Below, in pieces: positions 52,088-64,000 of a DNA stretch of 64,000 bases. The first letter of the stretch is position 1. Each line of letters opens with the position of its first letter. The translations under genes were made by a program, and so were the position numbers. This DNA comes from Chiloscyllium plagiosum (Eukaryota): positions 6,984,031 to 7,048,030 of the forward strand of contig NC_057720.1 of assembly GCF_004010195.1 (NCBI RefSeq), given 5' to 3'. The notes beneath the pieces were generated by a model. The model did not search any database. It worked only from the letters and a program-made list of their open reading frames with translations, and was not told where the DNA came from.

Positions 52088-52315
52088 TATAACAAGGTCA
52101 GCCAGGTGGACCTCATAGAATATGAGTTCCTTGACTGGGGCTGTTAACCTGGTCCAATCAGGGAGCCCTGGCTGACAGATAGAAGGGGTGAGTGTTAGAG
52201 ATACTGACACTCTGGCAGCAGACTCTGACTGAGGCAGGACTGAAGTCAAGGACTATTCATGTGTAAATAAAGGGTGACTCGGTGATGGGATACCAGCCTC
52301 TGTGGAGCCATTTCA
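52088..52315 (+). mobile_element. Probable solo LTR
   Basis: ~228 bp from t(a)taacaagg to tttca, with CCAAT, a TATA-like gatagaagg and AATAAA in LTR order; no clear TSD. Confidence 0.45.
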
Positions 52316-53206
52316 ATTCGGGGGGGGTGTTTGACATCCTGATATTTGGTGGTTGGGAATCTAAAATTAAAATTGCTTAGTAAAGCAAAGTATTCATTTA
52401 TAGAATATGGAAATGGTGGCAAAAAGGGATTGAAAATAAACATTATGATATCTTTTTAAAAAATTAACAGCGTTTTGTTTTGCCTTGTTTTGCATTAGTT
52501 TTCAGAATGACTGTCTCCACATTCACCAATAATCTTTGGTGCCCATCATCCATGTGTCCTGTTGTGGTGACAGGGAATATTTTAGGTGACCCTGCTATTG
52601 TCCACCATATCCCCAACCCCCTCCATTTACTCAGTCTCTCTCTCTCTCTCTCAACAGCTCAGTGAGTTTATCCAGTGAGTAGCTGACCCAAGTAGGGTAA
52701 GAGCATTACAAGTTTGATTCCTTGCCTGCTCTCAGCTGGTTAACAACAACAACTACTGCAGCAGCAGCCTGCATTTATCTTGTGCACATAACATCCCCAA
52801 ATGTTTAACAGGCTACAGCCAGGAACCTCTCCTCACCAAGAGTGAGGGAATAAAACGAAATGGGAAAGGAATTGGAAATGGGCACGCCCCCAACTCCTGA
52901 TCTCTGACCTTCTGTCATTGGGCCCAGTCCACCTCCAGTCATTCACTTCCCCAGATTCAGAAGTCACATGACACCAGGCTATAGTTCAGCAGGTTTATTT
53001 GAAATCACAAGCTTTGGATCACCTGCACACTTCCCTCGACGAAGGAGCAGCACTCCGAAAGCTTGTGATTTCAAATAAACCTGGAAGACTATAACCTGGT
53101 GTCGTGTGAATTTTAACTTTGTCCACCCCAGTACAACACTGGTACCACCCCATCCCACCTTGGCTGTGTACGGGGTGTGCAGACATTAGGAACATGTAAA
53201 GACAAA

Positions 53207-53528
53207 CTTGATTAGATTAGATTACTTACAGTGTGGAAACAGGCCCTTCGGCCCAACAAGTCCACACTGACCCACCGAAGCGCAACCCACCCAGACCCAT
53301 TCCCCTACATTTACCCCTTCACCTAACACTACGGGCAATTTAGCATGGCCAATTCACCTAACCTGCACATTTTTGGACTGTGGGAGGAAACCGGAGCACC
53401 CGGAGGAAACCCACTCAGACACAGGGAGAATGTGCAAACTCCACACAGTCAGTCACCCGAGGGGGGAATTGAACCCGGGTCTCTGGCGCTGTGAGGCAGC
53501 AGTGCTAACCACTGTGCCCCCACCGTGC
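53207..53528 (-). mobile_element. HE1-type V-SINE, full length, young
   Basis: Same head / V-domain / (taatc)n tail structure. Confidence 0.92.
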
Positions 53529-53867
53529 CTCTCTGTGCCCGGACTGTGACTGCAAGCAGCAAGGGTGGATTCAACCAACAAACGGGTCCCCGCCCCAAAA
53601 CTAGAGATTGGCTAACACTATCTATCTGCTAACCCCACAATCTCATCACCTGCCCCTCACCCCAACTGCTGCCCCATTTCAAAATTGTTGGCTGCACTAT
53701 GCTGATACGCGGTGTGTTAAAAGATTTGTCGTTTCCGTTAGCTCTCGTTCTACTTAATTCCATCTGGTGCTCATTTTAACTAAAAATCAACAGCAACAAG
53801 GTATTAAATTTCCAAAGTTTATCATGCTGGGGAAACCCAATTGTTAACTTGACATCTACTTATGTTT

Positions 53868-54595
53868 TAGAGTCATCGAGCATGGAAACACACCCTTCGG
53901 TCCAACCCGTCCATGCCGACCAGATATCACAACCCTATCTAGTCCCACCTGCCAGCACCCGGCCCATATCCTTCTAAACCCTTCCTATTCATATGCCTTT
54001 TAAATGTTGCAATTGTACTAGCCTCCACCATTTCCTATGGCAGCTCATTCCATACGCATACCACCCCTTAGGTCTCTTTTATATCTTTCCCCTCGCACCC
54101 TAAACCTATGCGCTCTGGTTCTGGACACCACGACCCTAGGGAAAAGACTTTGTCTATTTATCCTATCCATGTCCCTCATGATTTTATAAACCTCTATAAG
54201 GTCACCCCTCAGCCTCCGATGCTCCAGGGAAAACAGCCCTAACCTATTCAACCTCTCCCTATATCTTAAATCCTCCAAGCCTGGCAACATCCTTGTAAAT
54301 CTTTTCTGAACCCTTTCAAATTCTACATCTTTCCGATAGGAAAGAGATCAGAATTGCACGCAATATTCCAACAGTGGCCTAACCAATGTCCTATACAGCC
54401 ACAACATGACCTCCCAACTCCTGTACTCAATACTCTGACCAATAAAGGAAAGCATACCAAATGCCTTCTTCACTATCCTACCTACCTGCGACTCCACTTT
54501 CAAGGAGCTATGAATCTGCACTCCAAGGTCTCTTTGTTCAGCAACACTCCCTAGGACCTTACCATTAAGTGTATAAATCCTGCTAAGATTTGCCA
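53868..54595 (-). mobile_element. CR1 3' fragment in an ADGRL2 intron
   Basis: GSVAEQRDLGVQIHSSLKVESQV...LYRTLVRPLLEYCVQF; RLRGDLIEVYKIMR. Confidence 0.92.
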
Positions 54596-55569
54596 AAACT
54601 GGTCTCGCTTTACATCAATTATCAAAAAGCTTTCTCTCAAAATTCATTTACGGTGTGAACTGCCCATCCCTCTTTGCCCAGAGGGCAGCTAAGAGTCAAA
54701 AGCAGGTCTGGAGGCACATGGAGGCCAGACCAGGTAAGGAAGGCAGATTTCCTTCTCTAGAGGACATGAGTGAACCAGATGGGTCTTTCCTGACAATGCT
54801 TGAGAAGTGTGTGCTGACCAGTTAACCAGTGCATTGGTGGAGACAGTTCACCAGTGAATGTACCGGTTTGATGACAACTGACAGTTAGCTGCCAAGCTTT
54901 GTTTCAATTAAGATCAGGCAGGTTGTCCGCCTTCAGTCAAGGAACTGCCATGAGGAATGAACCAAATAGCTGCCTCTTATTTTGTTCAGTTAAATTATTG
55001 TGTAGAGTTTGTGTGTACATGTCTTTTTTTCTCAGAGAAAGTGAGAATTGCGGATGGTGGAGATTAGAATCCAAGAGTGTGGTGCTGGAAAAGCACAGCA
55101 AATCAGGCAGTATCTCAGGAGCAGGAGAGTCAACATTTTGGGCATAAATGTTCCAGTCCTGATGAAGAGCTGATGCCATAAATGTCAATTCTCCTGCTCC
55201 TCAGATGCTGCCTGACATGTTGTGCTTTTCCAGCACCCCACTCTTTGACTGTTTTTTTTCCATCTGGAAAGGTTATTAACTGATGAAGTAATTTATCTAG
55301 CTCCCAGGGTATGTAAGTGCACCACAATTCAAACTCAAAGGACAATCTTAAATTTGGTGTCAGCATAATTCTCGAAACACTCAGAGTTATTCAGCAAATA
55401 CTGGCCAATCTCAGACTCAGAACTAGTGTTGGACACTGTGCTTAGAGGTTTGTATGACAATCCAGCAGCTTGTTGTGTGTTCGGCTGAATGTAATCCCAA
55501 AATGTAAATGATTTATTTGTTGTACTTGGAATCCATTGTTGCATGTAAGAATTTCATTACTTATTAGGA

Positions 55570-58500
55570 CCATAAACCCAATAACAGAAGTAGGCCATTC
55601 AGCCCATTGAATCTGTTCACCATTCAATGAGATCATGGCTAATCTGCTAATCCTCATCTCCACTTTCCTGCCTTTTCCCCATAACCTTTGATTCCCTTAA
55701 CTGATTAAACATCTGTTTCTCTCAGCTCTGGACATACTGAATGCCCCTGCCTCAACAGTCCTCTGGAGTAAATAATTCCACAGTTTCACTGACTGCTGAG
55801 AGAATTAATTCCTCCTCATCTCTGTCCCATTATTATGAAATTATAGCCTCTGGTTCCAGACTCTTCCATAAGGGCAAACAACTTTCCATCTTCTGCTCAA
55901 ATTTACCTTTGAAATGGAGCATGAAGCAAACCCCCTTCCCATGAAGTCTTCACTGAAAAATCAGTGAACACAATGGAGTGGTGGGGGGAGAGGGGGTCTC
56001 TACTGCTGTCTATTGCAAACTGACTTTCCCTGGTTAGTATACACCCTGGAATATGAACAGTCCCACACGCAATGATTGGCCTTATCAACAATCTTCATCA
56101 AGAAGGATTCAGCCATTTTGGTCACCGTGATCGCTTGATACACCGAAATTGGGAACATCAAAGCCATGCTGTGGGGTAATAGTGACACAGATCAGATCAT
56201 TTTCACTGGGTAGCGTGTCACCTCACAACTGGGTTAAGTCACAGAATTCCTACAGTGCAGAAAAAAGCCATTTGGCCCGTTAAGCCTGCACTGACCCTCC
56301 AAAGAGCATTGCACCCAAACCCAGCCTCAGTCTCCAATCCAACCCTGCAAACCCACATTTCCCATGGCTAACACACCTAACCTGCATATCCCTGGACATT
56401 ATGGGCGATTTCCCATGGCCAATCCACCTGACCTGCACATCTTTGGACAGTGAGAGGAAACCAGAGCACCCAGTGGAAACCCACGCAGACATGGGGAGAA
56501 TGTGCAAAATCCACACAGACAGTCGCCTGAGGCTGGAATTGAATCTGGATCCATAGCGCTGTGAGGCAGCAGCCCCTCTCTGTTAGACCTGGTGTCATGT
56601 GACTTTTGACTTTGCCACCTGTTTGCATCTCCACACCTTGAGTACACCTAATGACCCAACCTCAACAGCCTTCTGCAGTAAAGAATTCCACTGATTCACC
56701 ATATCTGAGAGAAGACATTCCTCCTCATCTCCATTATATTTTCTCTTTGCACATTTCTCCAATTCCCTTCTGGAAGTCATGGTTGAACCTGCCTCCACCA
56801 CATTCTCAAGCACTATATTCCAGATCCTAACCACTCACTGAATAACAATATATTTCCCTCACTTGGGGCCTTGGGTCACTTCAATACTGGTGTCCTCTGC
56901 AACTCCACCCTCTGACAAATCAAACAGTTCGTTGTTCTCTGTCTACTCCATCAAGACCTTTCAGGAATATTTCTGTCAAATCCCCTTTGCTTCTCCAAGG
57001 GAACAATTTCAGTTTCTCGACACTTCTTTCAACAATTGCTTGGCACTTAATTGTCAGTTGTCAACTAACTGGTACATTCACCATGGCAACAGTTACATGA
57101 ATCAGAGTCCCCGTATCTGAAGTCTCTCATCCCTGGAACATGTGCCCTGGCAAAACAGCAGTCAGAGTGGGCTATTCACCTCCCTAGTGACGAGTTTAAT
57201 TCAGCCTTAGCTAACATTCCACATTGGGTCAGTGATTGACCAGAGGAACTCCTGCATGACTCAGAGACTGTAATTCAGAGAAAGTGAGGTCTGCAGATGC
57301 TGGAATGTTAAGCTTGGAAAACGCTACTGTAGAGTACAGTTAATGGAAAGGTTATGTTAGGGAAGTCATCATCCAGCATCTAAATACAGATATATGGAAA
57401 ATAGGAGCAGGTAAGGGCTATTTAAGCCTGCTCCACCATTCAATATGATTGCACCTTATCACTCTACTCAGTCCCCTGTTCTGGCTTTCGCCCCATAAAC
57501 TTTGATCCCTTTAGCCTGAAGGAGTAGTGATCAGACAATGGCCTAGTGGTATTTTGCTAGATCTATTAATCTGGAGTCCCAGCTAATTTTTTTTAGATTA
57601 GATTAGATTAGATTACTTACAGTGTGGAAACAGGCCCTTCGGCCCAACAAGTCCACACCGACCCGCCGAAGCGCAACCCACCCATACCCCTACATTTACC
57701 CCTTATTACCTAACACTAAGGGCAATTTAGCATGGCCAATTCACCTAACCTGCACATCTTTGGACTGTGGGAGGAAACCGGAGCACCCGGAGGAAACCCA
57801 CGCAGACACGGGGAGAACGTGCAAACTCCACACAGTCAGTCGCCTGAGTCGGGAATTGAACCCGGGTCTCTGGCGCTGTGAGGCAGCAGTGCTAACCACT
57901 GTGCCACCGTGCCGCCCCCACCACTGTGCCACCGTGCCACCCCCAATGTTCTGGGGATTTGGGTCCCACCCTGGCAGATGGTAGAATCTGAATTCAATAC
58001 AGATTCTAGAATTAAGGGCCTAATGATAACTATGAAACCATTACTAATTGTTGGGAAAAATCCAACTGGATTCATTAATGCCCTTTAGGGAAGGAAATCT
58101 TCCATCCTTACCCAGTCTGGCCTACACATGACTCTAGACCCATAGCAATGTGTTTGACGCTTAACTGCCCTCTGGGCAATTAGGGATGGGCAATAAATAC
58201 TGGCTTTGCCAAGGACACCTACATCCTGTGAATGAATAGAAAACACTAATTCCAAAATATTCAATGGTTTAGCCTCAAACACTTTCTATGGCAGAGAATT
58301 CCACAGACTCATAACTCTCCAAATGAAGAAATTTCTCCCCATGTCAATCTTAGGTTGTTTTGAGGGATATGGGTCAAATGCAGGCAGGTGAAACCAGTTT
58401 AGTTTGGGAAGATGGACTGGTTGGACGAAGATTTCTGTCTCCATGCTGTATGATTCTAAGTGACCCACCACCTATTCTTAGACTCTGACCCCTGGTTTTG

Positions 58501-61500
58501 GACTCCCCGGTCATTGGGAGCATCCTTCTTGTATCTAGCCCTGTTAGAATTTTATAGGTTTTGATGAGAACCCCCTCATTCTTCTAAACACCAGCGAATA
58601 TAATCCAAACCAATCCAGTTTCTCTTTGTACGTCAGCTCTGCCATCCCAGGAATCAGTCTGAGAAACCTTCCATAGTCAGAACATCCTTCCTCAGAAAAG
58701 GAGACCAAAACACCAACACAATACTGGTCTTACAAAGTCCCCATACCAGTGCAGCAAGACATCGCTGCTAAATCCTGCCATTATTACCTAACTGTGACTT
58801 CAGACTCAAAGCTATGTGGTTGACCTCTAAATTGCCGTCTGAAATGGCTCTTGGAAGCCACTCAGTTCAACAAGCAATTAGGGACGGGCAATAATTACTG
58901 TCCCCGCAAGTGATGCACACATCCCATGAAAGAATAATGAACAAAAAACACCCGGGTTATTCCCTAAAGTGGCCTAGTAAGGCTCTCAAGCACTACTTGT
59001 GGACCAAAAGTCCTGTACATCAAGTCGAATTGTTCACAAAGAATTTTTAAAAAACGCATAAACAGGAATATTTCCCTCTTATGTGCATTAAAGAAAAAAT
59101 GCAGCTGTTTTAACAGATCTCTGAGTTATGCACTTTACTGTTACCTTGCCTGTTTCTAAACAGCTGCAATAAGATAATTAAACATTTAAAAGATCACATT
59201 TTAATTTAGGACTGAGATAATGAATCACCTGCTAAATATTTCACTTCAAGTGGCTTCAAAGCCTGATAATTCAGTCAGTAAAGAGCTTTTCGATTATGTG
59301 AAAACGTCTTCTCTACTCAAATTATTGTCAAGACATATCAACATGTGAGGATCATCTTATATTTATCTCCAGTCACAGCTGTGTTCAATGTGGACTCTAC
59401 TTTTAATCAATTAGCCATCAATGGGAGTATTATCACTATCTAAAACCTAGCCATTGCAACAGGATTGATGAGGGCATTAATGAAATATTTTGTTATTTGA
59501 ATAAAGATTATTCAGTGCTAACTCATTTAATGCATTTTGCAACAAGGGCTTGCAGCTCAGTCCTTTCACCCAGAGATTTCCAATAAATACCAACAACGAG
59601 GCGAAAGTTGAAGGAAGGGGGAATGTGGAGTGAACATCAAGATTTCAAGGCAGGGGTGAAAGAGGGGGTGACGAACATGAAAGCAGTAAACAGGATGTTG
59701 TGAGGCCTCTCCTGGGGTACTGTGTCCAGTTCTGGTCACCCTGTGACAGGAAGGGTATTATCGAGCTAGAGGGGGTTCCGAAAAGATTGACCAGGATGAT
59801 GCCAAGCATGGAAAGTTTGAGTTATAAGGAGGGGCTGGATAAGCTATGACTTTTTTCACTGGAGCGTAGGAGGTTTAGGGATGATATTCTGGAGGTTTAT
59901 AAAATCGTGAGGGACATAGATAAGGCGAACAGCAGGTGTCTTTTCCCCAGGGTGGTGGAGTGGGGAGTTTCATACATGTTTCAGGTGAGAGGAGAAAGTA
60001 TGTGAGAGGCAACTTTTTAACGCAGAGAGTAATTTGTGTGTGGAATGAACTTCCAGAGGAAGTGGTGGATGTGGGTATAGTTACAATATTTGGAAGACAT
60101 TAGTACATGAATAAGAAATGTTTAGAGGGACATGGACCAAGTGCAAGCAGGTGGGACTAGTTTAGTTTGGGATTATGGTCAGCATGGACTAGTTGGACCA
60201 AAGGGTCTGTTTCTGTGCTGTATAACTGTTTGGCTGGCATTGATTCTGCACTGTCAACAATTTTCAGTGGTCTGAGGGCACTTTGACAGGAGAAGAAGTA
60301 AATGACACGATAGTAAAGGAGGAGAAATTAGAAGATTGGTTAGAAGCTTAAACTGATGGCTTGCTTTTCAGGGGGAACTTGTAAAGGTGGGAAGATGGAG
60401 GGGTTCAGGGGAAGAATTTTTGAGATCGGGGACTCAGCTGCCCAAAGGCACATATGACATTTGCTAACTGTGGGGCAAGGGGATTACACAGAGAGTGCCT
60501 GCAACATGGAATGAGGCAATTCAACCCTTCACGTCCATACTGGCTCTCCACAAGAACTATTTGAATGGCCTCATTCCTCTGGCTCTTTCTTGAGGCCCAG
60601 AAAAGGGCCTTCCTTTCAGCTGCTTGAATCCCTTCTACATCACACTGGCAGTCAGTGTAATCCATAACCTAACCTCTCGCTGCATAACAACCGTGTTCTC
60701 ACATCACCTTGTGCTCCTTTCCTTCATTACCTTCAATCGATGACTCTGTCCATATCAGCAGTTCCTCTCTGTCCATTCTGACTAGAACCCTCGGGATTTT
60801 GAGCACCTCCATCAACTTTCGCTGCTCAAAGGAGAAGAGTCCTAGCTTCTCCAGATAATCCCCCATTCCTGGAAACATTCTTCTAAATCTTCTCTCTGCA
60901 TCCTCTCTCCAAAGCCTTCACCAAATTCCTACTTTGGCCACAATGCTGCAGTTAAAGCTGAACCTGTATGTTGTTCAACTTTAACATAACTTCCTTGATT
61001 TTATAATTAATTCCTCCAGTTCGAGAGGGAGAGGAAACATCGACTCCACAACTTCTTCTTCAAGACCCTTCGAGATCTTATATGTTTCAACCAAGTTACC
61101 TCTTAATCTTCCAAACTCCAGCAGTTACAAGTCTAGCTTGTCCTACCCTTCCTCACCCATTCTCGGTACTATTCTCGTAGTCTCTGAATCGTTTCCACTG
61201 CACTTACGTTCTTCAATAAATAAAGAGATGAAGACCGTACACAGCTGTCTTACAATGCTCAGTAAAACTGAAAGATAATGGGTGGCTCAGTGGTTAGCAC
61301 TGCTGCCTCACAGCGCCAAGCACTCGGGTTCAATTCCTGCCTTAGGCAACTATCTGTGTGAAGTTTGCACATTCTCCCTGTGTCTGTGTGGGTTTCCTCC
61401 CACAGTCCAAAGATGTGCAGGTTAGGTGAATTGGCCACGCTAGATTGCCCATAGTGTTAGGTGCATTAGCCACGGGTAAATGTAGGGGAATGGGTCTGGG

Positions 61501-62490
61501 TGGGTTGCTCTGTGGAGGGTCGGTGTGGACTGTAGGGAATCTAATCTAATCTAATCTAATCTATAAACTCAGTACTTTTTGATTCTGTCCACGACCAACA
61601 TAACATTCTGTTTGCTTTCCAAAGGCAGAGATGGTCCAGAGGGTCTACCCGGTTATCTACTAAGGAGGAATCCCTGGGCTTTTTGTTTCATGGACACAGA
61701 TTTCTAATCACAGCCTTCACGACAGCCAGGCAATCCTCGCTGTGCATGGGTGGGTGTGGACAAGGGAGGGATGGAGGGGGTGGTGTGATGGTGGGTGGGG
61801 GAGAAAAGGCCAGAGGAACAAGCATTACCCTCCAGAATGTCCCAGTGCAGAAAGAGACCATTCAGCCCAAAATGGCTGCACACGCTCTGTTATCTCCTGC
61901 CATATCCCTACACACCATTACTATCGCAAAAGAAATCCAATTCCCTCTCGAATGCCTCAGCTGAGCCTGCCTCCACCACATTTCCAGGCATTACACTCCA
62001 CACTCTAACTACTCACTGCGTGTAAACATTTTCCTCATATCACTCTTGCTCCTGCTGCACATCACTTCTCATTCTGCACCCTCTCATTTGTTTATCTGTT
62101 ACAAATGGGAACAGTTGCTCCCTATCTGCTCTGTCCAGTCCAGTTCATTCATGATTTTGAAAATCTTGGGAGTCAAACCTTCTCTCAGCCTATTCTCTCC
62201 AGGGACAGCAGTCTCAACGTCTTTAATCCACTGTCTTATTGCAAGTTCCTCATAGCTGGAATCATTCTGGTTAAATCGCTTCTGCACTCTCTCCAATACA
62301 TTTGCATCTTTCCTGTAATGAGTCACCCAGAACCGTATACAATCCTTCAGGTGAGGTCTCACAAGTTCAGCAGCACCCCCTTGCTCTTGTACTCAATGAC
62401 ACTATTAACAAAGCTGGGGACACTGTATGCTTTATTGACTGCTCTTTCCACCCTCAATCATATGTGCACAAAAACCCCAAGATCTAATTC
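55570..62490. mobile_element. Decayed CR1 fragments in the ADGRL2 intron (55570-55890 -, 56650-56840 -, 58260-58770, 59695-60225 +, 60500-61270 -, 61850-62490 -)
   Basis: Degenerate CR1 C-terminal motifs (RPHLKDCIRFWVTHYRKDANVLERVQKRF; WNSLP) and UTR pieces. Confidence 0.7.
57593..57917 (-). mobile_element. HE1-type V-SINE, full length, young
   Basis: tRNA-like head ggcggcacggtggcacagtggttagcactgctgcctcacagcgccagagacccgggttcaattccc (A and B boxes), V-domain tgtggagtttgcacgttctccccgtgtctgcgtgggtttcctccggg, CR1-derived tail ending (taatc)n. Confidence 0.92.
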
Positions 62491-62567
62491 CAAAGCTCAT
62501 AGAATAAAGTGTTCCCTCTGTGCTTTCACTCCTTACCGTGGGATGCATATTCCTCCTTGCAATGATG

Positions 62568-63125
62568 GGGAGGCAATGACCTAGTGGTATTATCGCCAGA
62601 CTGTTAATCCAGAGATAGGAGAGAGTGAGGACTGCAGGTGCTGGAGAGTCAGAGTCGAAAAGGGTGGTGCTGGTCAGACAGCATCCGAGGAGCAGGAGAG
62701 TCGATGTTTCAGGCATATGCCTTTCCTGATGAGGGGTTTATGTCAGAAACATCGACTCTCCTGATCCTCGGATGTTGCCTGACCTGCTGTGCGTTTCCAG
62801 CACCACACTTTTTTGACTCTGTGAATCCAAAGGCCCAGGTAATGTTCTGGGGACCCAGGTTAGAATCCTGCCACAGCAGATGGTATAAGTTGAACTCAGT
62901 TAAATCTCAAATTAAGAATCTAATGAGGGCCGTGAATCCATTGTTGGAAAAACCCATCTGGTTCAATAATGAACTTTAGGGAAGGAATCTGCCAATCTGG
63001 CCCAGTCTGGCCTACATGTACAACAAAATCCACAACAATGTGGTTGTCTCTTAACTGCCCTCTGGGCAATGAGGCATGAGCAATAAATGCTGATCGAGTC
63101 AGTGCTTTCATCCCATGGAGGAATT
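62568..63125 (+). mobile_element. Second tRNA-headed SINE family (SacSINE1/DeuSINE-like), split by a family A element; other copies near 24630-24945 -, 29990-30230 -, 33575-34345 -, 35855-36172 -, 40098-40550 +, 43700-44170 -, 54640-54795 -, 57535-58240 +
   Basis: Head ctagtggtattatcgccagactgttaatccagag...ggacccaggttagaatcctgcc; body cccatctggttca..taatg..ctttagggaagga..atctgcc..cttaactgccctctgggcaat; tail gcaataaatgctg...catcccatg shared with the LINE at 11797-13090. Family name is from recall. Confidence 0.65.
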
Positions 63126-64000
63126 TAAAAATAATTGAATTTCAGTCATAATCCGTTTTCTGTGTATGATCCACTCTGACTGCTGAAACTGGTGTGCAAA
63201 ACTGGGAACTCATAGGATAACATAGGATATATGGTACTGAAACAGGCCATTCAGCCCACTGGCCCTACACCAGTGTTTCTGTTCCACTTCAGTGTCCTCC
63301 TGTCTTTCCTCTTCTTAATCAATAATTATTCTCTATTCCCTCCTTTATTTCCTAGCCCAGCCTCTCCCATCCATGCTCCTTGCTTCAATCCCCCACTCCC
63401 CCTCCCCAACCCCTGTAGGGGCCAGCTCCGCACTCCCACCAGTCTTTGGGTAAAGACGTCACTTCTTGGAATTCATCTACTAACTCACTCCTCCTTCCTC
63501 CCTCACCATCTCTCACTGACATTTCCCCAGATACGATACAGCATAGAAGGGAGCCATTCGACCCATTTTGTCCAGCCAATTCAACGCAGGAGCCTCGGAT
63601 TTTCCTGATCTACAGGGGGTGGGGGGAGGCTCTGTTGGTAACTGGATAAACTCACTGAGTTCTCTGAAGAGCCAAAAATGATCAATTTTGATTCAGTCTA
63701 GCTAAAACAACGTATGTATCATGGCTCTGGATTGAAGTGAGGAGGGAAGGGCGGGGGGGGGGGGATCGGTGGCATTGGGAGAGCAAAAGAGTTACTGGAA
63801 TTGTTCAAGAAAAGGTCGGACGTGAATCTTTCTTTTCGGCTGCACTAGATCTGTGGGTTTGCCTCTTACAGAGTGACATCACAGAAAAGCCACACCAGGA
63901 CACGCACGTACACCATCCCCCACCCGAAAGACATTTCTTTTTTTCTTTTTGTTTTTGTCAATATGTTTCTTTTCCCCCCTACCCCAGGAACTAACCTTGG

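Noticed and set aside
57850..57917. tRNA-like sequences with A and B boxes (many copies)
   Set aside because: They are SINE heads followed by the V-domain and LINE-derived tail, not tRNA genes.
51501..64000. Search for the next upstream ADGRL2 exon (SRIRRMWNDTVRKQ...STLNQG)
   Set aside because: Not found by eye; it probably lies beyond the window, so it is not annotated.

Overview
Eukaryotic, repeat-rich vertebrate DNA, almost certainly a shark (elasmobranch): it is full of HE1-type tRNA-derived V-SINEs and CR1 (HER1-like) LINE fragments. The only host gene is the 3' end of ADGRL2 (latrophilin-2) on the minus strand: a 129-nt exon (51372-51500), a micro-exon with two alternative donors (18 nt in-frame, or 52 nt frameshifting; acceptor 50257), the terminal coding exon (46537-45741, ending in the PDZ ligand ITSL) and a ~1.5 kb 3'UTR. 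Positions 1-44 kb are downstream intergenic DNA. The ORF track hides the most interesting signal: at least four short Penelope-like (PLE) families, mostly present as inverted or palindromic insertions, each carry a minimal hammerhead-ribozyme core (CUGANGA-x-stem II-GAAA-NN-UH) with covarying stem II and a palindromic ACGU/AGCU stem-III remnant. Also present are a CR1 with a twin-priming-type 5' inversion inside a multi-layer nest, local duplications of two ages, and a perfect AT-rich hairpin in unique DNA. Repeat boundaries were read by eye and are approximate (about 10-20 nt). Family names come from recognition, not database searches.
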